The notes beneath the pieces are model-generated. The model was not told the origin of the DNA. It did not search any database and saw only the letters and a list, made by a program, of their open reading frames with translations. 64,000 nucleotides of DNA from an uncultured Christensenellaceae bacterium. GTDB taxonomy: Bacteria; Bacillota; Clostridia; Christensenellales; Pumilibacteraceae. The DNA is taken from contig CAJUKR010000003.1 of NCBI GenBank assembly GCA_910587025.1, positions 116-64,115 of the forward strand, read 5' to 3'. The first letter of the stretch is position 1. Each line of letters begins with the position of its first letter. The position numbers were made by a program, and so were the translations under genes. This document shows positions 1 to 8,884 of the stretch, one piece after another.

Positions 1-146
1 GGCGCATAAGAATATAATGTTATATATCACTTTTGTAAAAGGAGGGCGGGTATGCTCAGGCCGTCATGCACATACATACGCGAGGATTGTTATTCGGAAT
101 ACTATGCGCCGGTCAGACAGTACCCGACAAGGAGCGTCCCGATTGT

Positions 147-189
147 CCCGAAAGAAAGCCGTCCGCCGTCAAAAGAAAAGAGCGGACGG
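147..189 (-). terminator. possible intrinsic terminator downstream of the ArsR-like gene
   Basis: Stem CCGTCCGC (159-166) / GCGGACGG (182-189) with a 15-nt loop. It is followed on the minus strand by CTTTCTTTC, 54 nt past the stop at 243. Confidence 0.35.
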
Positions 190-242
190 AACGATCCGAC
201 CGCTATGTTGCTTTTATTGTTTATGATGTATTCCGGTCTCGT

Positions 243-620
243 TTAGGCGAGTTGTTCGCGGCTGCGCATTTTGGCGGCTATGAGCATAAGATCGTTTATC
301 ATCGGCTTGGCGATGGAATAAAAGACGACTTTGCCCTGTTTTTTGCATGTCACGATCTCCGCGCTGCGTAAAAATCTGAGCTGGTGCGACAGCGTGGTCT
401 GATTTACGCCGAGCACTGCCGACAGATCGCCGACGCACATTTCGCTGACCGAAAGGGCGGATACTATTTTCAGTCTTCCCGTATCCGCGAGTGCGGTGAA
501 TACCGCCGACATCTGTTCGAGAGAGCCGTAACTCGGCATGTATTTTCTTACGAGCGATTCCGCGCGCGGATCGAGCAGAGTTGTTGTTCTGAGGTCGTTT
601 GTTTCTTCTCTTAATATCAT
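243..620 (-). CDS. ArsR/SmtB-family metalloregulatory transcriptional repressor (125 aa)
   Basis: ORF 243..662(-) trimmed to the in-frame ATG at 620. The winged-HTH core 'MCVGDLSAVLGVNQTTLSHQLRFLRSAEIV' is typical of ArsR/SmtB. Confidence 0.85.
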   Translation of the reverse strand: MILREETNDLRTTTLLDPRAESLVRKYMPSYGSLEQMSAVFTALADTGRLKIVSALSVSEMCVGDLSAVLGVNQTTLSHQLRFLRSAEIVTCKKQGKVVFYSIAKPMINDLMLIAAKMRSREQLA

Positions 621-629
621 GAATTTATC

Positions 630-641
630 ATAACATGTTAT
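630..641. promoter_or_regulatory. candidate operator, perfect 12-bp palindrome ATAACATGTTAT
   Basis: Perfect inverted repeat 10 nt upstream of the ArsR-like ATG. An 8-bp direct repeat ATGTCGCA-GA-ATGTCGCA follows at 643-660. Confidence 0.35.
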
Positions 642-987
642 CAATGTCGCAGAATGTCGCATATATAATTGTTATGACTAATAACGGCGAAATTTTCAGG
701 CTTCTGTTATTGATGCTTCTGCTCATGAACGACCACAACGATTCCTGTTCGACCACGAGTTCGCTCAATACCATGATGATCATGGCGTTTCTTCTGAGCT
801 CGAACGACGACGGTTCGGGCGGTTCGGGTTCGGACGGTCTTTTCCCGAGCTGAAAAAAATAAAAAGCTACGGGCGGCAACATTGCCGCCCGCTTTGTCGT
901 TGGTTTTTCTTTCGCACTGTTTAAGTATTTTCCTTCATTCGATGTATTATACTTGCAAATTCCGTCGAAAATTGCTATGCTTATATC

Positions 988-1713
988 ATGGATATCAAGA
1001 TAGGCAATGACTGGGACGAAATACTGTCCGAAGAGACGGATAAACCTTATTTCAAGAAAATCGAAGAGTTTGTCGAGCGTGAATACCGCGAGTATGTCGT
1101 ATACCCGCCGAAATCGCTCATCTTTGCGAGCATGAAATACGTTCCGTTTGCCGACGTGAAAGCGGTTATAGTCGGACAAGACCCGTATATCAATCCGGGG
1201 CAGGCGAACGGGCTGGCTTTCGCGGTCGGCGACGGCGTCGCTCTTCCTCCTTCGCTGAAAAATATTTACAAAGAGATCGAAAGCGATCTCGGCATAAGTA
1301 TGAGCGGAAAAAACGGAGAACTCACGGGCTGGGCGAAACAGGGCGTTCTGCTCCTAAACGCCACGCTTACGGTGCGCGCGGGCAGCTCCAACGCTCACGC
1401 AAATTGCGGTTGGCAGGAATTTACCGACAGCGTGATACGCAAACTCGGCGCGCGCGAAAAGCCGCTTGTATTCATTCTTTGGGGGCGCAACGCGCAGGCT
1501 AAAGAAGCGTTGGTCGCGCGGCATCATTGTATAATCAAAAGCGCGCATCCTTCGCCCATGAGCGCGCATAACGGTTTCTTCGGGTCGCGGCCGTTTTCCG
1601 GGGCGAACGCTTTTCTGACTTCACACGGAATGGCTCCGATCGACTGGAGCGAGGTCACAGCGGTAGAGCGTCCGTCGTATTACGACGGTACGGGAAAGAT
1701 TTTCCGCGGCTGA
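988..1713 (+). CDS. ung: uracil-DNA glycosylase (family 1)
   Basis: 241 aa with the 'VIVGQDPY' catalytic loop and the 'HPSPMSA' motif. Length is typical of Ung. Confidence 0.95.
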   Translation: MDIKIGNDWDEILSEETDKPYFKKIEEFVEREYREYVVYPPKSLIFASMKYVPFADVKAVIVGQDPYINPGQANGLAFAVGDGVALPPSLKNIYKEIESDLGISMSGKNGELTGWAKQGVLLLNATLTVRAGSSNAHANCGWQEFTDSVIRKLGAREKPLVFILWGRNAQAKEALVARHHCIIKSAHPSPMSAHNGFFGSRPFSGANAFLTSHGMAPIDWSEVTAVERPSYYDGTGKIFRG

Positions 1714-1731
1714 CGCGTTTTCGCATATATC

Positions 1732-2778
1732 ATGACCGAAAAATTCATTTGTAAAATAACAGCTCTTTTTATCGTTGCGGTCGTTTTGTCGACCGTATGT
1801 TTTTCCGCGTGTTCGTGTTCGGACGGAAACGACGGTCGGGAAAGGGCGGAAGCGTTTTTGCCGAATGTGCTTGCCGTTACTTCGGAAGGCTCGGTTTCGC
1901 GTTACGGCAGCGCGGTGGCGATAAAGGCTGTCGAAAACGGCAAAGTATTGTGTCTGACAAACTACCACGTAGTAATGGACGCTGATACCGTTACGGCGGG
2001 CGGCATGTCTGCCGAAGTTCTCGGTTATTCCGCGTATCACGACATTGCCGTGCTTGCAATACCGTATTTCGAAGGATTTACGTCTCCCGAGTTTTCATTC
2101 GACGCCGTTTCGGGAAAAACGTATTCGATAGGTAATCTCGGCGGCAATGGAGTAAAAATATTCGACGGAGAAACGGTTTCTTCTTCGACGGTCATAAGTA
2201 CTTTGCGACTGACAGGCGATACCTCGGAGGAAAAGCGCGTGCCCGTGCTCTCTTCGACGTCTTGCGGCGGCGAGGGAATGAGCGGCGGCGCGCTTCTCGA
2301 CGGCAGGGGCAGGCTTGTCGGTATCGTCACGTACGGCGAATATGATAACGATAACTTCTGTTATTGCGTGCCGATTTCTGTCGCGTCCGCAGTACTCGAC
2401 GCGGCGGAAAGCGGAGACGGAGGCGCTCTCGGACTGTTCGGCGCCGGGCTCGACGGCTACGGGGTCGGGATGCTTACGTCGCCCGAGGGCGGTATAGGCG
2501 TGCTTGTGGACGGCAGTGCGGCGGCGATTCCGCATTCGCGGGGCTGGCGCGGAGTGTTGCAGACGAACGGCATTATGGTCACCGCGGCGGGCGGCGAAAG
2601 CGGACTTGTCGAAGGCGATATCATTACCGAGGTGGGAAGAGTAAAGGTAAGCGGCAAATCGAGCGCGGTCGCGATCTTCGGCGAGCTGTACGGTTATTCG
2701 TCGGACGGGGCGGGCGAACCTCTTACTTTGACGACTTCGCGTGGGAAGATTACCGTAAGCGTCCTGAAAAAGAAATAA
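1732..2778 (+). CDS. HtrA/DegP-like S1C serine protease lipoprotein with C-terminal PDZ-like domain
   Basis: Signal peptide with lipobox 'FSAC'. Triad contexts are 'TNYHVV', 'YHDIAVL' and 'GMSGGALLD'. The PDZ-like tail reads 'GLVEGDIITEVGRVKV'. Confidence 0.8.
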   Translation: MTEKFICKITALFIVAVVLSTVCFSACSCSDGNDGRERAEAFLPNVLAVTSEGSVSRYGSAVAIKAVENGKVLCLTNYHVVMDADTVTAGGMSAEVLGYSAYHDIAVLAIPYFEGFTSPEFSFDAVSGKTYSIGNLGGNGVKIFDGETVSSSTVISTLRLTGDTSEEKRVPVLSSTSCGGEGMSGGALLDGRGRLVGIVTYGEYDNDNFCYCVPISVASAVLDAAESGDGGALGLFGAGLDGYGVGMLTSPEGGIGVLVDGSAAAIPHSRGWRGVLQTNGIMVTAAGGESGLVEGDIITEVGRVKVSGKSSAVAIFGELYGYSSDGAGEPLTLTTSRGKITVSVLKKK

Positions 2779-2809
2779 TCAAGTTTTGAAGTTAAGTGCG
2801 TTTCGTCGC

Positions 2810-2838
2810 TTGCCAACCGCCGAAACATGTGCTATAAT
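2810..2838 (+). promoter_or_regulatory. sigma-A type promoter of acpP
   Basis: TTGCCA (2810-2815), a 17-nt spacer, then TATAAT (2833-2838). It lies about 88 nt upstream of the ACP ATG. Confidence 0.55.
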
Positions 2839-2926
2839 ATGTGCGTTGATATTTTCGGAATATTGTTTGTACGGACTTCGCGTTTGTGCGGGCGGTATTG
2901 CCGCAGATAAAAATCGGGAGGACATA

Positions 2927-3172
2927 ATGGAAAACGAAACCAAAATTTTCGAAATCATCGTAGACAAATTGTCGGAGTATCTCAAAGTGGATAAGGAAAA
3001 GATCACGCTCGGTACGAATATAAAAACCGACCTTGCCGCCGATTCGCTTACCGTCGTGGAACTTCTTTTCGCCATGGAGCAGGAATACGATATTACCATT
3101 CCCGACGACGTTGTCGACGGACTGGAAACCGTGGGAGATCTCGTGGAGTATCTCAAGACGGTTTTGAAGTGA
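2927..3172 (+). CDS. acpP: acyl carrier protein (81 aa)
   Basis: ORF 2786..3172 trimmed to the ATG at 2927, behind the GGGAGG Shine-Dalgarno. The phosphopantetheine site 'LAADSLTVVELL' is present and the fold length is typical. Confidence 0.9.
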   Translation: MENETKIFEIIVDKLSEYLKVDKEKITLGTNIKTDLAADSLTVVELLFAMEQEYDITIPDDVVDGLETVGDLVEYLKTVLK

Positions 3173-3249
3173 CCGATCGGACGAACGAGAAGGCATTTGT
3201 TATTCCATCCGATTATTTCGGGTGGAATTGTTTTAGGAGCATATAGTTT

Positions 3250-4005
3250 ATGACGACCGACGAAAACAAAACCGAAGCCGAGGTCGAATCCCGGGAGAGC
3301 ACGAAAGAGAAAAAGGATTATTCCAAGGAACAGCGCAAATATACGCCGAAAGAGGAAGCGGCGAACATCGTGACTCACGCTTTGGGGGCGATCGTTTGTC
3401 TCGTATTCTCGGTTCTTATGATCGTACGCGCCGCGGGCGGCGTTGCCGACGGCAGATACGGAGCCGGCGCTCTCGTGTCGGTAATAGCGTTTTCGTTGGC
3501 TCTCACGTCGATGTATACGATGAGTTCGGTTTACCACGCGAGTAGGTACGGAAGTCGCGCGCGTTCGGTGCTCAGGCGGTTCGATTACTGCTCTATTTCG
3601 ATACTGATCGCGGGGTCGTACATGCCGTATGCCGTGGTCGGGCTTATCGAGGGCGGGACGGAACAGCCCGCCGACGCGATATGGGGCACGGTCATCGCGT
3701 CCGTGGTTGCTGCTCTTGCCGTAATAGTGATCGTGTTTAACGGCATAAGCGTTCAGAAATTCCGCGTATTCACGTTTATCTCTTACGTCACCATGGGTTG
3801 GCTCATAGTCGTGAGAATATATCATCTTTATCTTGCGATCGGGTTGGGCGCGTTCCTGTTGCTACTCTTCGGCGGCGTGGCGTATACCGTCGGGATCGTG
3901 TTTTACAAGATGCGCAAGCTCCCGTACTATCATGCGATATGGCATATGTTCGTGCTTGCGGGAAGCGTGCTTATGATCTGCGGATTGTATTTCTTTATGC
4001 TTTGA
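3250..4005 (+). CDS. hemolysin III / PAQR family membrane protein
   Basis: 251 aa and 7 TM helices. Conserved His motifs are 'NIVTHALG', 'YHASR...RRFDYCSI' and 'HAIWHMFVLAG'. Confidence 0.88.
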   Translation: MTTDENKTEAEVESRESTKEKKDYSKEQRKYTPKEEAANIVTHALGAIVCLVFSVLMIVRAAGGVADGRYGAGALVSVIAFSLALTSMYTMSSVYHASRYGSRARSVLRRFDYCSISILIAGSYMPYAVVGLIEGGTEQPADAIWGTVIASVVAALAVIVIVFNGISVQKFRVFTFISYVTMGWLIVVRIYHLYLAIGLGAFLLLLFGGVAYTVGIVFYKMRKLPYYHAIWHMFVLAGSVLMICGLYFFML

Positions 4006-4054
4006 TATAAAAACGGGTAAATTAACGGACAAACAATAAATTTTCGGAGAAATT

Positions 4055-7000
4055 ATGTACAGAAAAGTTGACAGCAGTCTGAATTTCGTATCGAGAGAAA
4101 AGGAAATAGCGAAATTCTGGAAAGACAACGACGTTTTCGTAAAGAGTATGAAATCGCGCGAGGGGGGCGAAGAGTTTTCGTTTTACGACGGACCGCCTAC
4201 GGCGAACGGCAAACCGCATATCGGACACGTTCTTACCCGCGTCATGAAGGATATTATACCTCGGTACAAAACCATGAAAGGCTGTCATGTTCTCCGCAAA
4301 GCGGGCTGGGATACTCACGGTCTGCCCGTAGAACTCGAGGTGGAAAAGACGCTCGGCATGGACGGAAAGGAACAGATCGAAAAGTACGGTATCGAACCTT
4401 TCATAAAGAAGTGCAAGGAAAGCGTATGGAAATATAAAGGTATGTGGGAGGAAATGAGCGACCAAGTCGGTTACTGGGTCGACATGGACAACCCTTATAT
4501 CACTTACGACGACAATTACATCGAATCCGAATGGTGGAGCCTGAAGTCCATATTCGACCGCGGGCTTATTTACAAAGGGCATAAGATCGTGCCGTATTGC
4601 CCGCGTTGCGGTACCGCGCTTGCATCGCACGAGGTTGCGCAGGGTTATAAGGACGTGGAAGAAACGTCCTGCACCGCTCGGTTTAAGGTCAAAGGCGAAA
4701 AGGATCTTTATATCCTTGCCTGGACGACCACTCCCTGGACGCTTCCTTCCAATGTCGCGCTGTGTATGAACGCGAACGAAACGTACGTAGAGATCGAGTC
4801 GGACGGAAAACGGTATATACTCGCCGAAGCGCTTGCGGGCAAATATTTCGAAAACGGCAAAGTGCTGTCGAAGAAAAAGGGCAAGGAGTACGAGTATACC
4901 GAGTACGAGCCGTTGTTTACGTTTTACGAGCCGAAAGGCGGCGAAAAAGCGTGGTACGTGACGTGCGACGATTACGTCACGCTCACCGACGGTACGGGCG
5001 TCGTTCATATCGCGCCCGCTTTCGGCGAAGACGACGCGAAGGTCGGACGGAATTACGGACTGCCTTTCGTTCAGCTCGTCGGTCCGGACGGAAAGTTCGT
5101 CGGCGGTTGCGGAGAGTTTACGGGCGTATTCTGTAAGGACGCGGACAAATCGGTCATGGACGACCTCGAAAGACGCGGACTGCTTCAGGCGAGAATAAAA
5201 TTCAATCACAGTTATCCGTTCTGCTGGCGTTGCGATACGCCGCTTCTGTACTATGCTCGGTCGAGCTGGTTTATAAGAATGACCGAGCTGAAAAACGAGC
5301 TTGTGAAAAACAACGCGACGGTAAACTGGATTCCGCCCGGAATAGGCTCGGGCAGAATGGGCAATTTCCTCGAAAACGTCATCGACTGGGGACTTTCGCG
5401 CGAGCGGTACTGGGGCACTCCGCTGCCGATTTGGATTTGCGACAAATGCGGAAAACAGGAAGCGATCGGCTCGAGAAAAGAGCTTCGCGAAAAGGGCGGA
5501 CTTAAAAAGGATATAGAGCTTCACAAACCGTATGTGGACGGCGTGACGTGGAAATGCTCGTGCGGCGGGACCATGCGCCGTACGCCCGAGGTCATCGACT
5601 GTTGGTACGATTCCGGCTCGATGCCTTTCGCGCAGTACCATTATCCGTTCGAGAACAAAGAGCTTTTCGAAAAAACTTTCCCCGCGAACTTCATTTCCGA
5701 AGCGGTCGATCAGACGCGCGGATGGTTCTATACGCTCGAGGCGGTGTCGACGCTTATGTTCGGCAAAGCTCCGTTTAAAAATTGTATCGTGCTCGGTCAC
5801 GTTCTGGATAAAAACGGCTTGAAGCAGAGCAAACATCTCGGAAACGTAGTAGACCCGTTCGAGATTCTCGGCAATCAGGGCGCGGACGCCGTGCGTTGGT
5901 ATTTCTATACGATTTCAAACCCTTGGATCCCTTCGAGATTTTACGCCGAAGCGGTCAGCGAGGTACAGCGCAAGTTCCTGGGTACGCTTTGGAATACTTA
6001 CGGATTCTATGTGCTTTATGCCGATATCGACGGCTTCGACCCGACGCGCTACGACCTGAAAAAGTGTAAACTTACGCTTATGGACAGATGGATATTGTCC
6101 GGGCTCAATTCGCTCGTCGACTTTGTGGATAAAGGACTGGAAGAATACAAGATCACCGAGTCTGCGCGCGAGATACAGGAGTTCGTCGATTCGTTGTCGA
6201 ACTGGTACGTGCGCCGCTCGCGCGAACGCTACTGGGGCGGCGGAATGACCGAGGACAAGATCGCGGCGTACATGACGCTGTATACCGTGCTCGAAACGCT
6301 GTCGCGGCTCGCGGCTCCGTTCATTCCGTTCATGAGCGAAAGCATTTATCAAAATATCGTCCGCACCGTGGATAAGTCCGCGCCCGAGTCCGTACATCTC
6401 TGCGACTTCCCGAAAGCGGATATGAGTTTTGTCGATAAAGAACTCGAAAAGGGAATGAACCTTTGCGCCGCCGCGGCCAATATCGGAAGAAGTTGCCGCA
6501 ACGCCGCGAATATAAAGAACCGTCAGCCGCTTTCCAGACTCATTCTGTGCGGGGAAACCGCGGGCGTTTTGTCCGACGGACTGGACGAGATCCTCGAGGG
6601 AGAACTGAACGTAAAGAATATCGAGTTCGCTCCCGACGCAAAAGCGTTCGTGTCGTACGAGGTGAAGCCTCAGCTCAAAACGCTCGGACCGAAGTACGGC
6701 AAACTTATAGGTGCGATCCGCGAACACCTTGCAAAGAATGCGGGAGCCGTAGTCGCCGCAGTCGAAAGCGGGAAAACCTACTCGTTCGACGCTGACGGCA
6801 CGACGGTCGAACTCGGACGCGAAGATCTGCTTATTGCGACTACCGGCACGTCGCGGTATGTCTCGCAGTCGGATAAGGGGCTTACGGCGGTGCTCGATTG
6901 TTTGGTCACGCCCGAACTCAAGGAAGAGGGATATATGCGCGAGCTTGTGTCGAAGATACAGACTATGCGTAAAGACAACGGTTTCGAAGTCACCGATCAC

Positions 7001-7168
7001 ATCGCGGTATGCGTCAAAGGCTCGCCGGTGATTGACGAGGTGATGAAAAAGTATGCGTCCGCCGTCATGTCGGACACGCTTTGCGACCGTCTTACGGATG
7101 ACGGTGAGTTTACGAAAGACTGGGACGTAAACGGCGAGAAAGTCACCGTTATGATTTCCAAAGCGTAA
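4055..7168 (+). CDS. ileS: isoleucine--tRNA ligase (long, type-2-like form)
   Basis: 1037 aa with HIGH box 'PHIGHVLTR', the CP1 editing region, and 'WFYTL'. The KMSKS-position loop reads 'KQSKH'. Confidence 0.96.
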   Translation: MYRKVDSSLNFVSREKEIAKFWKDNDVFVKSMKSREGGEEFSFYDGPPTANGKPHIGHVLTRVMKDIIPRYKTMKGCHVLRKAGWDTHGLPVELEVEKTLGMDGKEQIEKYGIEPFIKKCKESVWKYKGMWEEMSDQVGYWVDMDNPYITYDDNYIESEWWSLKSIFDRGLIYKGHKIVPYCPRCGTALASHEVAQGYKDVEETSCTARFKVKGEKDLYILAWTTTPWTLPSNVALCMNANETYVEIESDGKRYILAEALAGKYFENGKVLSKKKGKEYEYTEYEPLFTFYEPKGGEKAWYVTCDDYVTLTDGTGVVHIAPAFGEDDAKVGRNYGLPFVQLVGPDGKFVGGCGEFTGVFCKDADKSVMDDLERRGLLQARIKFNHSYPFCWRCDTPLLYYARSSWFIRMTELKNELVKNNATVNWIPPGIGSGRMGNFLENVIDWGLSRERYWGTPLPIWICDKCGKQEAIGSRKELREKGGLKKDIELHKPYVDGVTWKCSCGGTMRRTPEVIDCWYDSGSMPFAQYHYPFENKELFEKTFPANFISEAVDQTRGWFYTLEAVSTLMFGKAPFKNCIVLGHVLDKNGLKQSKHLGNVVDPFEILGNQGADAVRWYFYTISNPWIPSRFYAEAVSEVQRKFLGTLWNTYGFYVLYADIDGFDPTRYDLKKCKLTLMDRWILSGLNSLVDFVDKGLEEYKITESAREIQEFVDSLSNWYVRRSRERYWGGGMTEDKIAAYMTLYTVLETLSRLAAPFIPFMSESIYQNIVRTVDKSAPESVHLCDFPKADMSFVDKELEKGMNLCAAAANIGRSCRNAANIKNRQPLSRLILCGETAGVLSDGLDEILEGELNVKNIEFAPDAKAFVSYEVKPQLKTLGPKYGKLIGAIREHLAKNAGAVVAAVESGKTYSFDADGTTVELGREDLLIATTGTSRYVSQSDKGLTAVLDCLVTPELKEEGYMRELVSKIQTMRKDNGFEVTDHIAVCVKGSPVIDEVMKKYASAVMSDTLCDRLTDDGEFTKDWDVNGEKVTVMISKA

Positions 7169-7234
7169 GGTCTAACGAAATAAAAACGAATATGCGCCGC
7201 CGAACGAAAATAATGTTCTTGCGGCGCTATTTTC

Positions 7235-7263
7235 TTGCCAATTTTTTTATAGTGTGGTATACT
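7235..7263 (+). promoter_or_regulatory. sigma-A promoter abutting the methyltransferase start (candidate leaderless)
   Basis: TTGCCA (7235-7240), a 17-nt spacer, then TGgTATACT (extended -10, 7258-7263). Only 6 nt remain before the GTG at 7270. Confidence 0.55.
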
Positions 7264-7269
7264 CTGTAC

Positions 7270-8136
7270 GTGCAGACCGAAAAGTGGACAGATTACGAAA
7301 TAATCGCAACGGGCGGCGGAGAAAAGCTCGAGCGTTGGGGACGCGTTATATTGCTTCGCCCCGATCCGCAGGCTATATGGGATCCGCCCTTCGATCTGTC
7401 TTCGTACAGGGGGCTTAACGCGCATTACGTCCGTTCGAGTTCGGGCGGCGGCAAGTGGCGCGCGATCAAACCGTTTCCCGACGAATGGAAGATCTCTTAC
7501 GGCGATCTGAGTTTTCTTATAAAGCCCATGGGGTTCAAGCACACGGGATTGTTTCCCGAACAGGCGTATAACTGGGACGAAATGCGTGGACTGATCTCCG
7601 ATCGCGGAGGCAGACCGAAAGTGCTCAATCTTTTCGGATATACTGGCGGAGCTTCGGTATCGCTTGCGAAAGCGGGCGCGAAAGTCACTCACGTGGACGC
7701 GGCGAAGAATATGGTCGACCGTTGCCGCAAAAATGCAGAACTGTCGAAGTGTCCGGACGACGGAATACGGTACATAGTGGACGACTGCGGCAAGTTTGTA
7801 TCGAGGGAGCTGAAACGCGGCAATTCTTACGATGGCGTGCTTATGGATCCTCCGTCTTACGGAAGAGGTCCGGGCGGGGAGATGTGGAAGCTCGAGGACA
7901 ATATCTGTGCGCTCGTTGCCGACGCGGTCAAAGTGCTGTCCGACGATCCGTTGTTCTTTCTTATAAATTCGTACACGACGGGTTTACAGCCGACGGTGCT
8001 CGAGGATATATTGAAAATTTATCTGCCGCACGGACACGTTACCGCTTACGAGGTGACGCTTCCGACTTCGGACAGAGGGATCAGATTGCCTTGCGGCTGT
8101 TCGGGGCTTGTTACTTTTCGAAACCGAGGATTATGA
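7270..8136 (+). CDS. class I SAM-dependent (RlmI/RlmK-like) methyltransferase
   Basis: ORF 7192..8136. I place the N-terminus at 'V-QTEKWTDYEIIATGGGEKLERWG', the usual start of this family. The SAM motif is 'LNLFGYTGGASVSLAKAGAKVTHVD' with 'LMDPPSYG'. The start codon is uncertain (7192, 7213 or 7270). Confidence 0.8.
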   Translation: MQTEKWTDYEIIATGGGEKLERWGRVILLRPDPQAIWDPPFDLSSYRGLNAHYVRSSSGGGKWRAIKPFPDEWKISYGDLSFLIKPMGFKHTGLFPEQAYNWDEMRGLISDRGGRPKVLNLFGYTGGASVSLAKAGAKVTHVDAAKNMVDRCRKNAELSKCPDDGIRYIVDDCGKFVSRELKRGNSYDGVLMDPPSYGRGPGGEMWKLEDNICALVADAVKVLSDDPLFFLINSYTTGLQPTVLEDILKIYLPHGHVTAYEVTLPTSDRGIRLPCGCSGLVTFRNRGL

Positions 8137-8143
8137 GGATTAT

Positions 8144-8860
8144 ATGGATTATAAAGATCTGACAATATTATACGAAGACAATCACGTCATAGTCGTCGTC
8201 AAGCCTCAGGGGCTACCGAGCCAGGCGGATAAATCGGGCGACGACGATATGCTCGGACTGCTCAAGAGTTATGTAAAAGACAAGTACGACAAGCCGGGCA
8301 ATGTTTATCTCGGGCTTGTTCACAGGCTGGACAGACCTACGGGCGGCGTCATGGTTTTCGCGCGGACGAGCAAAGCCGCGGCGCGCCTGTCCGAACAGAT
8401 AAAGGACGGCACGTTTTCGAAAAAATATCTTGCCGTGCTTACCGCGCGTCCGCAGGAGAAGAAGGGGCGGCTTACTCACTATCTTTTCAAGGATCAGGCG
8501 AACAATATCGTAAGGGTCGTTCCCATGACGACCGAGGGCGCGAAAAAAGCCGTTCTCGATTACAATATCCTCGAGGATAACGACGAGGCGGGACTGTATC
8601 TTGCCGATATACGATTGTTTACCGGTCGCAGTCATCAGATTCGTGTGCAAATGTCGACGGTGGGATGTCCGCTTTACGGTGACGTCAAGTACGGAAAAAA
8701 TCAGCCGGCGAACTCGTTCTCGCTCTGGTCGTACGATTTGTCTTTCCGTCATCCTACTACGGACAAGATAATGACTTTCCGTATTTTTCCGCCGGATAAA
8801 TCGCCGTGGACGCTGTTTAATCTCGAGCGTTATATAGGAATAGTCAAGCCGCGCGACTGA
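8144..8860 (+). CDS. RluA-family pseudouridine synthase
   Basis: ATG at 8144 behind GAGGA. Motifs are 'ILYEDNHVIVVVKPQG', the catalytic 'HRLDRPTGGVMVFA', and 'GRSHQIRVQM'. Confidence 0.88.
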   Translation: MDYKDLTILYEDNHVIVVVKPQGLPSQADKSGDDDMLGLLKSYVKDKYDKPGNVYLGLVHRLDRPTGGVMVFARTSKAAARLSEQIKDGTFSKKYLAVLTARPQEKKGRLTHYLFKDQANNIVRVVPMTTEGAKKAVLDYNILEDNDEAGLYLADIRLFTGRSHQIRVQMSTVGCPLYGDVKYGKNQPANSFSLWSYDLSFRHPTTDKIMTFRIFPPDKSPWTLFNLERYIGIVKPRD

Positions 8861-8884
8861 GATAAGCGGTATTAAAACAAATCG

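Noticed and set aside
52-246. A 64-aa plus-strand ORF with a strong AAGGAGGG Shine-Dalgarno and an upstream TATAAT (12-17) at the very edge of the window.
   Set aside because: The peptide 'MLRPSCTYIREDCYSEYYAPVRQYP...' has no recognisable features. It reads through the putative arsR terminator hairpin and into the arsR stop. The window edge prevents evaluation of the upstream context. The 8-nt complementarity GGCGCATA (1-8) / TATGCGCC (103-110) could equally indicate a structured RNA, but I could not match it to any riboswitch class from memory.
628-1179. A 183-aa minus-strand ORF covering the arsR-ung intergenic region and the 5' end of ung.
   Set aside because: It overlaps the ung start and the ArsR promoter region. 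It has no motif and no Shine-Dalgarno, and its composition is heterogeneous. Most likely it is spurious.
4022-5836. Other long antisense ORFs: 4022-5836(-), 5915-7000(-), 9157-10317(-), 15254-17086(+), 18190-19281(-) and 20403-21710(-). Also 22093-23250(-), 25130-26341(-), 33567-35150(-), 41124-42299(-), 51001-53418(-) and 60232-62205(-).
   Set aside because: Each lies opposite a confidently identified gene: ileS, proS, leuA, recD2, fhs, glnS, alaS, the ABC protein, tsaC, ntpD/prmC or GH95. Those I checked are mostly in the codon-aligned antisense register. Their translations are R/H/F/S-rich and lack motifs. I treat them as a by-product of codon bias, not as overlapping genes.
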